Below are positions 46,306 to 56,000 of a DNA stretch of 64,000 bases, in pieces (the stretch's first letter is position 1; every line of letters starts with the position of its first letter). The stretch is from Candidatus Latescibacterota bacterium (GTDB taxonomy: Bacteria > Latescibacterota > UBA2968 > UBA8231), in assembly GCA_965215195.1 (NCBI GenBank), contig CBDCDC010000002.1, positions 4,736,001-4,800,000 of the forward strand, written 5' to 3'. Both the position numbers and the translations under genes were made by a program. The notes under the pieces are model-generated. The model did no database searches, was not told the DNA's origin, and saw nothing but the letters and a program-made list of their open reading frames with translations.

Positions 46306-48294
46306 TTGAAAAAGAGAGTTCCGCTCCAATACCGCACCTGGCTAAAAAGACGCCAGCCGACCTACGGGGACGTTAAGGGTATCTCGGCTCGCGCCATCTT
46401 ATTGGGGGCGGTCCTCGCCTTTCTGCTAAATCTCCTCGACGCCTATGCTACGACCCTCATCCGAGGTTCGTATCTAACCCTGAACTTCAGCACCCCGGCG
46501 GCCCTGTTCTTCTTCTTTTTTCTCGTGCTTGCCAGTGCCTTGGTCGCTTGTCTCCGCCGTCCCCTAGCTTTGGACCAAGCCGAGTTGGTAACCATCTATA
46601 TCATGCTAGCGGTGGCCTGCTGTGTTCCCGGTATGGGTTTCACCCAATTTATCATACCCTGCTTACTGGGCTCCACCTACTATGCTACGCCCGAGAACAA
46701 CTGGGACTTTCTCTACAACCAGTACATCCCTAGCTGGATGATTCCCCGCGGCGAAAACGCGGCGCGTTTTTTCTTTGAAGGTCTGCCCGAGGGCGAGGCC
46801 ATCCCTTGGGGCATCTGGGTCGTACCGCTGAGTTTCTGGTATGGGTTTTTTTTAGTGCTCAGCTTCGCCATGATCTGCACCATGGTCATCGTACGTCAGC
46901 AGTGGATGGACCGGGAAAAGCTAGTCTATCCACTGGTTCAAGTGCCCATGGAGATGATCGGCCGCGAAAAGGAAGAAACGATCGGCCGGTCGTTTTTCAC
47001 CAACAAAGTCATGTGGGTCGGTTTTGCCGTATCATTCATTTTGCTCAGTGTCAACGGCCTGCACTCCTACTTTCCGAACTTTCCGCAGCTCACTAAAACC
47101 TTCACCTTGCCCTTGTTCCGCGATACGGTCGGCCTGAGTTTCTGGTTTAGTCCGCCTTGGACCGGTTTTTTCTATTTCGTCAACCTCGACATCACGGCTT
47201 CAATCTGGATATTCTACATCCTCACCACTGTCCAGCGGGGCATCTTCAACATCGTCGGCTTGCAGAGCACGCAGCGGATCGATTTCTACTCTATCGAACC
47301 TTTCCTCGCCCATCAGGGTATGGGCTCTATGATAGTCTTTGTGCTGGTGGGGTTGTGGGTGGGACGCGGCCATTTACAAAATGTATACCGCAAAGCCTTC
47401 CATGGCGCCGAAGAGGTCGACGACAGCGGCGAGATGCTATCCTACCGGCAGGCCCTTTTCGGCCTGCTAGCGGCGCTCGCCCTAGTGGTGGTCGGCCTAT
47501 GTATGATGGGACTAACTTTTCCCACGGCACTATTATTCATCTTTGGTGCCATGATGCTGTTTATAGGGCTAACTCGGGTAGTGGCTGAAGGAGGGATTCC
47601 GGCCATGCGACCCCCTATCATGACTTCGAGCTTTGTCATTTCGGGGGCCGGCGCCTCGGCCTTGGGTGCTTCGGGTCTGGTGGCCCTAGGCTTTTCCTAC
47701 GGCTGGCATTCCGAAGTGCGCTCCTTTGTCATGGCGTCTGTAGCCAACGGGCTGAAGATGGGGGAGATTATCACCGGTTCCAAGCGCCGACTATTCTGGG
47801 CCGTGGTCATTGCCATTGTGGTCAGTCTGGTCGGCTCGTCGTATATGACCTTAGTGCTGGCCTACAAATACGGGGGCATCAATCTCAATCCGCTCTTTTT
47901 CGTGGGGCAGGCCCCCACCTTCGGTCCTCGGGATATGGCGCCGCGCATCGCCGCAGACCTGCCCGGCCCCAGGCTGGACGCTTGGCTGTTCATGGGCATT
48001 GGTGGGGGGGTGATGGCCCTACTGATGTGGGCGCGGCACCAGTTCGTCTGGTGGCCACTCAATCCCCTCGGCTATACCATCAGCGCCAACTGGAAGACGG
48101 GACATATCTTTGGCAGCGCCTTTCTCGCTTGGTTCCTCAAACTGTTAATTCTGCGCTACGGCGGTCCCAAGCTGTACCGGAATTTGCGGCCGTTTTTTCT
48201 CGGCCTGATCTTGGGCGAGATCGTGGCGGCGGGCGGATGGCTGGTGCTGGATTATATAACCGGACACATGGGGAGCTTTCTCACTCAGGTCTAA
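46306..48294 (+). CDS. Polytopic inner-membrane protein, DUF6785/DUF6784-like (putative transporter)
   Basis: Many TM helices; RQQW.DREKL.YPL, TRVVAEGG, WWPLNPLG, RPFFLGLILGE motifs. Confidence 0.75.
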   Translation: MKKRVPLQYRTWLKRRQPTYGDVKGISARAILLGAVLAFLLNLLDAYATTLIRGSYLTLNFSTPAALFFFFFLVLASALVACLRRPLALDQAELVTIYIMLAVACCVPGMGFTQFIIPCLLGSTYYATPENNWDFLYNQYIPSWMIPRGENAARFFFEGLPEGEAIPWGIWVVPLSFWYGFFLVLSFAMICTMVIVRQQWMDREKLVYPLVQVPMEMIGREKEETIGRSFFTNKVMWVGFAVSFILLSVNGLHSYFPNFPQLTKTFTLPLFRDTVGLSFWFSPPWTGFFYFVNLDITASIWIFYILTTVQRGIFNIVGLQSTQRIDFYSIEPFLAHQGMGSMIVFVLVGLWVGRGHLQNVYRKAFHGAEEVDDSGEMLSYRQALFGLLAALALVVVGLCMMGLTFPTALLFIFGAMMLFIGLTRVVAEGGIPAMRPPIMTSSFVISGAGASALGASGLVALGFSYGWHSEVRSFVMASVANGLKMGEIITGSKRRLFWAVVIAIVVSLVGSSYMTLVLAYKYGGINLNPLFFVGQAPTFGPRDMAPRIAADLPGPRLDAWLFMGIGGGVMALLMWARHQFVWWPLNPLGYTISANWKTGHIFGSAFLAWFLKLLILRYGGPKLYRNLRPFFLGLILGEIVAAGGWLVLDYITGHMGSFLTQV

Positions 48295-48319
48295 GACTCC
48301 CCTGCCCGTCTTGCGGGGC

Positions 48320-49603
48320 CTATTGACCGCGCAGGTACTCGTCTGGTTTGGCCGCATTGGGCGGCCAGTACCCGTCCCGCGATTGACGCCATTGCACACC
48401 GCACAAACCGCTGATCACGCTCCACTCGGACGGACTGGGATCCGGGTCTGGGTGAAAGAGAAAGCGCTGGGCACCGGCGGCCTGCGAGGCTTTGAGAATG
48501 CCGGCCAAGTCGCGAGCCGGCATGGCGTCTCCGGCGTGCGGGGCGCGGCCAGTGGATACCCAGAAGATGGTTTTGTCGACGTCTTTGATGGCCTCTAGCG
48601 CCCGCCGCGTTTCCCTGTACACGACTTCGGCGAAGAACTCGTCGGAGAAACCCAACTCCATGTCCAACAGGGACTCGACATTGGGCAGGCGCAGGCCGAA
48701 TAGCGATTCGACCAGCAGGAAGCAGTCGGCCTCAGTCAGGGAAGGATTCCACTCGGCGAACTTTTGCACCCAGCGGGCAATTGTGCCGTACATCCCGTCG
48801 AAGCCGCGATGCCAGTAGTAGTGCTTGGGGAAAATATAGTCGAAGTACGGCGGCATCTGCTGGTAATCTTGGCCGGTCAGAGAAGAAAAAGTGGTGATGC
48901 GCGGAATGCCGCCCAACTCGACGTAGCGGTTCACCCCGTCCAAGTCGGCGCGGGCCCGTTCCCAAGAACGCCGCGACCTTTCCCGCCGGGCCCGCAGCCA
49001 GTACAGGGCGTCTTCGTTAATATCAAAGAGATTCAGACCAGCCAAGGTCCCGCCCGGGGCCCAGTAGCGCACGAGATCCGGGGTGAGGTTGTGGAAACGC
49101 TGGTGCAGATGGGCAATGCCGCGCTCCAGCCGGTCGATGGCAAAGCCCAAGTTGGCGAACTCGCGGCGCTCGCCATCGCGCAATTCAAAGAGTTCGCCGC
49201 CGTGGTGCCAAGCTAGTTCGTAGTGGTTCTCGCCGGGCCCGTCAATGATCACTCCGTCGACCTCGGGATAGCGGTTTATCAAGCTCTGCACATGGGCGGT
49301 GGTGCCGCTGTCGAATACCATGATATGCCAACCGCGCCCGGCCGCGTCATCCAACATAGCGCTTAGTCCCCGCTCCTTTTCCAGATTGCGCGGCTGCTGC
49401 TCGGGCACTTTTAGGCCCAAGTCGGCGTAGGCTTTAGGATCTTGTGGAAAGGCGGGAATACGGCTGCCGTCGTCCTCCACGAAAAACATGCGCCCTACCA
49501 CAATGCCGCGCACTCCGCCCTCTTCCCAAGCGTCGAAGATATGCTTGTAGTTGGCCATGTAGCGTTCGAGCGGATTGAAAACGAAAATCCAGCATTGCAT
49601 CAT
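48320..49603 (-). CDS. Hypothetical protein, possible TIM-barrel enzyme
   Basis: ATG 49603 with AGGAG RBS; IIDGPGE, PKHYYWHRGFDG; no family assigned. Confidence 0.7.
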   Translation of the reverse strand: MMQCWIFVFNPLERYMANYKHIFDAWEEGGVRGIVVGRMFFVEDDGSRIPAFPQDPKAYADLGLKVPEQQPRNLEKERGLSAMLDDAAGRGWHIMVFDSGTTAHVQSLINRYPEVDGVIIDGPGENHYELAWHHGGELFELRDGERREFANLGFAIDRLERGIAHLHQRFHNLTPDLVRYWAPGGTLAGLNLFDINEDALYWLRARRERSRRSWERARADLDGVNRYVELGGIPRITTFSSLTGQDYQQMPPYFDYIFPKHYYWHRGFDGMYGTIARWVQKFAEWNPSLTEADCFLLVESLFGLRLPNVESLLDMELGFSDEFFAEVVYRETRRALEAIKDVDKTIFWVSTGRAPHAGDAMPARDLAGILKASQAAGAQRFLFHPDPDPSPSEWSVISGLCGVQWRQSRDGYWPPNAAKPDEYLRGQ

Positions 49604-49662
49604 CCAATCTCCTATGTTTATGACTTCTTCAAGCCCAGATGGGAAAAAAGCGGCGTTGGTGA

Positions 49663-50718
49663 TTAAGCGGGCAGCACCTCGCGCAAGACCCGCAGATAAT
49701 TCCCGCCGCAGATTTTGCTCGCGTCCTCCTCGGTGAATCCCGCACTTAGCAAGCCCTCTACCACCCAAGGCAATACCGCACTGTTGAAGTGGGTGCCGAT
49801 CCCTACGCCTTCTACACCCATCACATCAGCGGCGTAGCGCACCTGTACCAAGGTCTGCTCCAACTGCTCTGGCGCGACCGCCCGATAGGGCGCGTCCCCC
49901 GGTGGCCGGGTGATCGGCGGCGGGATCCCCAACACACCTCCGCGCTCGGCCAACGCCCGCATAACCTCGTCGGGTGCCGACCTGAGACCGCCAACCAATG
50001 CCCGCGGATTCGAGTGCGAGTCAACCACCGGCTTTGTCGATACTTCGATGATATCGAGGGCACAGGGGTCATTGCTGTGGGCCAAGTCGATAAGGATTCC
50101 GGTCGCGTTCATCTCCGCAATCATCCGCACCCCCAACTCGGTCATCCGCCCGCCCGAACGGGTCTCATTGGAAGCATCCCAACCCAACTCGCGGGTCGCT
50201 TGGCCCAAGGTGATCATCCGCAGCCCGAGGCGGGCAAACATCCGCAGGATGCCAGGGCTATCGCCGAACCAGTCGCTGCGATTGGCACCCATCAATACCG
50301 CGACCTTGCCCGCCGCCCGCGCAGCATCCAAGTCTCGGGCCGTCCGCACCAGCAGCACCTGCTCGGGATAGGCTTCGACGTTTAGCAAAAAACGGTCGAG
50401 CACCCCCAGCACCAGTTGGGTCGAATTCTTGATCGCCAGACTCAGGAACATATCCTCGCCGCCGCGGCCCGGACGCCATTCCGACTCTTGGCGCCACAGC
50501 GGTTTGTAGTTGTCGTCGTAATAGGCCGCTCCCCCCTTGCACATCACCACCCCCACCCCCCATTCGGCAAACTTGGGAAAGTCGCCGCGACAAGTACTCG
50601 CATCTTTTTTGCCCAAGTCAATATCGTCAATCGCGAAACGAGGATGGGTTAGGTTTAACCCCAGCATATCGCATACTGGATGCGGCCAAATGCGGCCAGA
50701 GGACAATCTCATTGTCAT
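49663..50718 (-). CDS. Membrane dipeptidase (M19)-fold amidohydrolase, divergent active site
   Basis: GLRMITL, TELG..MI.EMN..GILIDLAH, DSHSN.RAL, GGNYLRV. Confidence 0.8.
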   Translation of the reverse strand: MTMRLSSGRIWPHPVCDMLGLNLTHPRFAIDDIDLGKKDASTCRGDFPKFAEWGVGVVMCKGGAAYYDDNYKPLWRQESEWRPGRGGEDMFLSLAIKNSTQLVLGVLDRFLLNVEAYPEQVLLVRTARDLDAARAAGKVAVLMGANRSDWFGDSPGILRMFARLGLRMITLGQATRELGWDASNETRSGGRMTELGVRMIAEMNATGILIDLAHSNDPCALDIIEVSTKPVVDSHSNPRALVGGLRSAPDEVMRALAERGGVLGIPPPITRPPGDAPYRAVAPEQLEQTLVQVRYAADVMGVEGVGIGTHFNSAVLPWVVEGLLSAGFTEEDASKICGGNYLRVLREVLPA

Positions 50719-50769
50719 CTTATTCTCCGAGAGGTTGCCGGCGTTACTAGGGCCCAGCTCGCCGGTCGT

Positions 50770-52002
50770 CTACCGCCAATACGCCTGCTCCACTTTCGCA
50801 AACGCCTCCGCAATATCCGCCACCTCCTGCTCGGCAAAATTCTCGTGAATCGACAGGATGAAGTGGCTTTCAACCGCGGCGACGGCGTTGGGACAGGCGA
50901 ACTGTGCATTGCGGTCTCCCCCATACGCCGACAATCCCCACGGATAGTCGCTGCCCGGAAAGACCTGCCGCTCCCTAAACCAGATCATCTCGGAGGGGAT
51001 ATAGCGATACGTGGCCGTCACCGGAATGCCCTCGGCAGCTACTGCCCGGGCAAAGCCGTCTTTTTCTACCCGCAGCTTGGCAGCATCTACGTGGAAGCGC
51101 ATAAACCAGTACACTCCCTCGGACTCGGCCACCTGCCATCCCAACCGCACCGCCTTGCGCTCGGCAATGCTTTCGGCGATCTGCGCCGCTACCTGACGTC
51201 GCTTGGCGATCATCGGAGCGAGCTTTCTTAGCTGCACCCGCCCAATGGCGGCCGACAGATCGTTGCCGTTGAGGTTGAGCCCGGCGCGCAGGTTGGAGGT
51301 CGCGTCCGTATTAAAAGGCTTGCCCCGGTCGGCAAAGCGCTTGGCCTCCCAGCAGAGTTCTTGGTCGCGGGTAAAGACCACCCCGCCCTGCGGACCCGTG
51401 GCGTGGTGCTTGCCGCTCATGGTCGAAAAGGCCGCCACCGTGCCCAACGATCCCACCAGCCGCCCCTTGTAGCGCGCCCCGTGGGCCTGGGCGCAATCCT
51501 CGATGACCGGGACGCCGCGCTCCTCGGCTAGCGCCAAAATCGGCGTCATATCCGCTGGTTCGCCGGCAATGTGGGCCACGACAATGGCGCGGGTGTGGGG
51601 CGTCAGCACGGCCGCGATTTGCTCCGCACCAGCATTGAATGACCCCGGCGCAGCGTCGGCGACCACCGGCACTTGGCACAACAGGGCCGCGGGCATCGCC
51701 CCACCCGGATCCGTAATCGGCGGGATCACCACCTCGCCAGCCGCTTCTAGCTTTAATGCCCCCAATGCCGCGTAGAGTGCCGCGCTACCCGAATTGACCA
51801 AATCGGCGTAGCCACCTCCCATGAACGCGGCGAACTCCCGCTCATAAGCCAATTCCTCTGGGCCGCTGTAGCCAATCGCATCGCCGCTCTCCATCGCGGC
51901 AGAGAACAGCCGCAGCGCGGCCTGGCGCTCCTCAGCCCCAAAGAGATGCCGTTGGGGAAATGGCGTCTCGCGGACCTTTGGCCCTCCGTCTATTGCCAAC
52001 AT
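50770..52002 (-). CDS. DegT/DnrJ/EryC1/StrS PLP-dependent aminotransferase
   Basis: NSGSAAL, IEDCAQAHGA, FS...GKH....GG. Confidence 0.93.
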   Translation of the reverse strand: MLAIDGGPKVRETPFPQRHLFGAEERQAALRLFSAAMESGDAIGYSGPEELAYEREFAAFMGGGYADLVNSGSAALYAALGALKLEAAGEVVIPPITDPGGAMPAALLCQVPVVADAAPGSFNAGAEQIAAVLTPHTRAIVVAHIAGEPADMTPILALAEERGVPVIEDCAQAHGARYKGRLVGSLGTVAAFSTMSGKHHATGPQGGVVFTRDQELCWEAKRFADRGKPFNTDATSNLRAGLNLNGNDLSAAIGRVQLRKLAPMIAKRRQVAAQIAESIAERKAVRLGWQVAESEGVYWFMRFHVDAAKLRVEKDGFARAVAAEGIPVTATYRYIPSEMIWFRERQVFPGSDYPWGLSAYGGDRNAQFACPNAVAAVESHFILSIHENFAEQEVADIAEAFAKVEQAYWR

Positions 52003-52098
52003 TATAACCTTTCTTCTTCAACGCTATGCCACCGGCGCTAGCCAGAGGCATACAGGTAATTTAGGAACTGACGTTACGCAGCTTTGATCGTTTGCCGT

Positions 52099-52665
52099 TC
52101 ATCGAAGGCCCCTCGAATGGCCTTGAGATAAAGTCGGGCTCGGAGGGCAAAGGGATTGCGTTGAGGTTTGATCCGCAGACGCTCCAAGCACCCGGCGGCG
52201 ATACGTCGCAAAGACCAGCCCGTCTGCGCAGCGCCTTTCCACCGCCTCCCATTCGCTTTCGTCCCATTCTGGAAAGTACGCGTCGCCCTCCACTTTGATG
52301 GGCAGGTGCGTCAGGATCATTTCGTCGGCCAAGGGCAGGGCCTGCTCATAGACTTGAGCACCGCCGAGCACGAAGAGTTTTTCGCTGCCAATGCTGCGGG
52401 CGCACTGCAAAGCCTCGGCCAAGCTCTGGCAGACGACCACGCCCTCGGTGACCGCGTAGGCTGGATTGCGGGTGAGGACGAAGTTGCGGCGCTGGGGCAA
52501 GGGGCGCGTCTGAAAGGTCTCGTAGGTTTTGCGACCGGCCACGACCGCGTGGCCCCGCGTGACGCGGCGAAAGTGCCGCAGGTCGGCCGGGTAGTGCCAC
52601 GGGATGGCGTTGTCGCGGCCAATGACCCTGTTCTCGCTCAGGGCGGCGATGAGGATGGTTTTCAT
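52099..52665 (-). CDS. folA: Dihydrofolate reductase
   Basis: VIG.DNAIPW..PADL.HF, GRKTY, PLP.R.N, GGAQVY, GDAYFP; ATG 52665. Confidence 0.93.
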   Translation of the reverse strand: MKTILIAALSENRVIGRDNAIPWHYPADLRHFRRVTRGHAVVAGRKTYETFQTRPLPQRRNFVLTRNPAYAVTEGVVVCQSLAEALQCARSIGSEKLFVLGGAQVYEQALPLADEMILTHLPIKVEGDAYFPEWDESEWEAVERRCADGLVFATYRRRVLGASADQTSTQSLCPPSPTLSQGHSRGLR

Positions 52666-53408
52666 GCGGACGCACCGGACGGGTAAAAAAAAGAGCGGAC
52701 GACCGGGTGCTCTGAGCACTTGGCCTCGGCGACCGCGCCGGTAAATGCCACGCGACCTTGGTCGAGCATGATGAGGCGGCCGTTGAGTCGCTCAATGCTG
52801 AGTAACTCGTGGGTGACAATGGCGATGGTAATGCCCAACTCGCGATTGAGCGTGAGGAGGAGTGCGTCGATCTCGGCGGCGGTGACCGGATCGAGGCCCG
52901 CGCCCGGCTCGTCGCAGAAAAGAATCTCCGGGTCCATGACCATGGCCCGCGCCAGAGCGGCGCGTTTGCGCATCCCGCCCGACAGCTCGCCGGGATAGCG
53001 GTCGCAGGCGTGCCCCAAGCCCACCGAGGCGAGCCGGGTGCGCGCGATCTCCCCAATCAGGGTTGGCTGCAAGTCCGTGTGCATTTCCAAGGGCAGGGCG
53101 ACGTTTTGCTCAACGGTCAAGGAGTTGAGCAGGGCGCCGTATTGGAACATGACGCCCAGCCGCTTGCGCAAGGCCGCCAGCTCCTCCTCGCCGAGGGCCG
53201 TCGCGTCTTGGCCGAGGATTGCGACGCGGCCCGAGACGGGTTGCACCAAGCCGATGATCGCCTTGAGCAAGGTGCTCTTGCCGCTGCCGCTGCCGCCGAG
53301 CACGACAGCGATTTCCCCCTCTTCTACATGTGCGTCAATCCCGCGCAGGACGGCCGTCTCGCCGTAGGACACGCAGAGGTTTTGGATGTCGATGGCGTGG
53401 GTCACCAT
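52662..53408 (-). CDS. mlaF: MCE-system ABC ATPase (MlaF-like)
   Basis: GGSGSGKS, LSGGMRKR, DEP.AGLDP; ATG 53408. Confidence 0.9.
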   Translation of the reverse strand: MVTHAIDIQNLCVSYGETAVLRGIDAHVEEGEIAVVLGGSGSGKSTLLKAIIGLVQPVSGRVAILGQDATALGEEELAALRKRLGVMFQYGALLNSLTVEQNVALPLEMHTDLQPTLIGEIARTRLASVGLGHACDRYPGELSGGMRKRAALARAMVMDPEILFCDEPGAGLDPVTAAEIDALLLTLNRELGITIAIVTHELLSIERLNGRLIMLDQGRVAFTGAVAEAKCSEHPVVRSFFYPSGASA

Positions 53409-54493
53409 TTTAGGTAAAAGACAATGCCCCAGAAGGCGTCGAGGACGATGATGCCAAACAGCGACGACACGACCGCCGATGTCGTCGCCCGGCCCACGCC
53501 TTCGGCCCCGCCGCTGAAATGGAGGCCGTGATGCACCGAGATGATCGCGATGAGCCACGCAAAGGACGCGCTTTTGACCAGCCCGGTGAGCAGGTCCTTG
53601 AGAAAGAGCGATGAGAAGACTTGGTTGAGAAACACCGCGACCGGGATGTCCAGCGACACCAAGCCGACGAAGGTGCCGCCGAGGATGCCGACGAAGTTGG
53701 CCATGATCGTCAAAAGCGGCATGCAGACGATCATGGCCCACAGCTTGGGCACGACCACAAAGCGCAGGGGGTCAATTCCCATAGTCTGTAGGGCGTCCAA
53801 TTCCTCGGTGAACTTCATGGTGGCGATCTCGGCGGCAATGGCCGACCCGGAGCGGCCAGACACCATGATCGCGGTCATCAGCGGCCCCAACTCGCGGGTC
53901 AGGCCAATGCCCAGCAGGTTGGCGACGAAAATATCGGCCCCGAACTGGCGGAGCTGGGCCGCAGACTGGAGGGCCGAAACCGCACCGACGAGAAAGAGAA
54001 CCAGCCCGACGATCTGCAGGGCCTGTGCGCCAATCGCGTACGCTTGCTCGCCAAAGCTGCCCCGGCGAATCTGGTCGCGGCGGAACAGGGTGCTAATCGA
54101 GAAAACGCTCAAGTCGGCCATCAGGTAGAGAAAGTCGGCGGCGCGGACGCCACAAGCGCGCACCCACGCACCGAGGCGCTCAAGGGCGGCGCGGGGCGGC
54201 GCGGGGCGGGCAGGCGGCGCGGGCGGGGCAAAGTCGAAAAAGGGCTGCAAGTGGGCGGGCAGTCCATTGAGGCGGAGGTCCTTGTCCAAGGCGCGGGCGA
54301 GGCCGGGCAGACCGCGCAGGAAGACGGCCCCGGCGGTGTCGAGGTGTTCGACCTCGCGCAAGTCGGCGCGGAGCGCGGAGCGCGGGTGCGCGGCGATGAG
54401 GGTGCGCGCTTGGGAAGCGAGGGCGCCGATGGTGTGTAGCGAAAGCGCACCTCCGAGCGCGATCCCCAAGTCGTCGCTCTGCACCCAAGTCAT
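53402..54493 (-). CDS. mlaE: MlaE-family permease with N-terminal STAS domain
   Basis: LDTAG STAS motif, RELGPLMTAI..SGRSGSAIAAE, GVGRATT. Confidence 0.92.
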   Translation of the reverse strand: MTWVQSDDLGIALGGALSLHTIGALASQARTLIAAHPRSALRADLREVEHLDTAGAVFLRGLPGLARALDKDLRLNGLPAHLQPFFDFAPPAPPARPAPPRAALERLGAWVRACGVRAADFLYLMADLSVFSISTLFRRDQIRRGSFGEQAYAIGAQALQIVGLVLFLVGAVSALQSAAQLRQFGADIFVANLLGIGLTRELGPLMTAIMVSGRSGSAIAAEIATMKFTEELDALQTMGIDPLRFVVVPKLWAMIVCMPLLTIMANFVGILGGTFVGLVSLDIPVAVFLNQVFSSLFLKDLLTGLVKSASFAWLIAIISVHHGLHFSGGAEGVGRATTSAVVSSLFGIIVLDAFWGIVFYLKW

Positions 54494-55992
54494 AGCAAAT
54501 ACACGAAGCGCAGCAAGACCTGTTGTTGCGATTGCAGCCTTCGCGTCGCCTTCTCGCGCTCAAAGTCGAAGACGATATCCATATTGACAAAGCGGCTAAA
54601 CACCAAGCGCAAGCGGTTTTCCCAAGCAAATTCCCAATCGTCGGCCGCCCGCCCCGGAATGATAATGTCAAACTCCGAGTCCAAGATGACCGATTGGGCC
54701 GGGCGCAGGTTGAGGATCAGCAGGGCTTCTAGGCCGGTCGTGGCCTCGTCCTTGAGGGCTACGGCGCGCGTGGATTTCAGGTCAAAGGTGTCGGTGAAGT
54801 ATTTCTGCCGCGCCCCAAAGCCCACGCGCATGTCGAGGGTGAAGGGGAAGCTGCGGACGACTTGGGAGTTGATACCAACGCCTTGGCGCAGCTCGAAGGG
54901 GCTGAAGGCCGGGGAGAGGGTAAATTCTTCCACGCCCGTCCTCTTGGTTACTCGGCCGTCGGCATTGAGAATTAGGAGGTCGCGCGGCGGGTCGAAGAGG
55001 ATCTCGGTAGCAAATAGCTTGGTATTGAATACCCCGCGCAAGTAGGGGCCAAGCCGCTCGGAGAGCCGATAAATATAGGTGGCGCGGACTTCAAATTCAT
55101 CCTCTGAATTGCGGAAGGCGTCGCCCTCTTCGAGGATAAAATCCTCCTCAAAAGTCAATCTCAGATTAAAGAAGTTGCGGTCCGTGTTATAGATGCTGCG
55201 ACCAAAGACTTGGGTGTCCAGCGAGAGGACTGAGCGGTCTTCGCCAGTGGCATTCTGCGATGTTGACAGCCGGGTCGAGCCACTTAGCTGCAAGGCGGTT
55301 TTCCAGTTAGAGCCGATCTTCTGACCGAGGAGGCCCTGCGGCGATGGCGGGTAAAAGCCGACGAAGGTATCGTCGCTGCTATCTACTACGAGGTTCCGCT
55401 GGACCAGTTCGCCCGGCGCTAGGCGCACGCTGAACTTGTGGATCGTCGAAATGTTTTCCCCCACCGGCACCACCGAATACACGCCCGGGGGCAACAGCCA
55501 CGTCTTAACCGCCTCGCCGCGCTCCTCTTCGACGCCAAAGCCAATGCCGTAGTTTTCCTGTTTGTCCTCCCAGTACAACTCGTACGATTCGTCGATGGCA
55601 TTGCGCTGCTCATTGATGACGTTGATCACCAAGCCCGACCAAAAGGGCTTGAGCAAGGTCGTCATGTTCTCGCGGATGGGCACGGTGCGGCTCGTCATCT
55701 GCGCGTCCGTGCCCGAGCCGATTAGCACCTCGTAGTATCCCGGCGAGAGCAGGACGCCGGTGCCGGGATAGGCTTCGCGGACGCGCTTTTTGCCCTGTAA
55801 GACGAGAAAACTCGGCTCGTTGAGGGAGCCGGTCATCGTCGGCACGAAGAGTAGGCCCTTGCCCTTGGGAATCAGCGTTGGATCCTGTTCGAGTTGGCCG
55901 CGCCCGGGTGGGGCGACCCACGTATAGCTGCTGCCCAAGACTGGGCTGGCGAGCAACGGCAGGGCGATCAGGATGTAGAGCCGCTTGTACAT
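54490..55992 (-). CDS. Exported protein: N-terminal beta-sandwich repeats + probable C-terminal outer-membrane barrel
   Basis: Signal peptide from ATG 55992; PG.Y.V repeats; amphipathic strands ending QQVLLRFVYLL. Confidence 0.65.
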   Translation of the reverse strand: MYKRLYILIALPLLASPVLGSSYTWVAPPGRGQLEQDPTLIPKGKGLLFVPTMTGSLNEPSFLVLQGKKRVREAYPGTGVLLSPGYYEVLIGSGTDAQMTSRTVPIRENMTTLLKPFWSGLVINVINEQRNAIDESYELYWEDKQENYGIGFGVEEERGEAVKTWLLPPGVYSVVPVGENISTIHKFSVRLAPGELVQRNLVVDSSDDTFVGFYPPSPQGLLGQKIGSNWKTALQLSGSTRLSTSQNATGEDRSVLSLDTQVFGRSIYNTDRNFFNLRLTFEEDFILEEGDAFRNSEDEFEVRATYIYRLSERLGPYLRGVFNTKLFATEILFDPPRDLLILNADGRVTKRTGVEEFTLSPAFSPFELRQGVGINSQVVRSFPFTLDMRVGFGARQKYFTDTFDLKSTRAVALKDEATTGLEALLILNLRPAQSVILDSEFDIIIPGRAADDWEFAWENRLRLVFSRFVNMDIVFDFEREKATRRLQSQQQVLLRFVYLL

Positions 55993-56000
55993 GCCAAGTC

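Noticed and set aside
25885-48294. Prophage, ICE or recently acquired island
   Set aside because: No integrase, tRNA, phage or conjugation genes; block appears to share the host CCWGG-erosion signature
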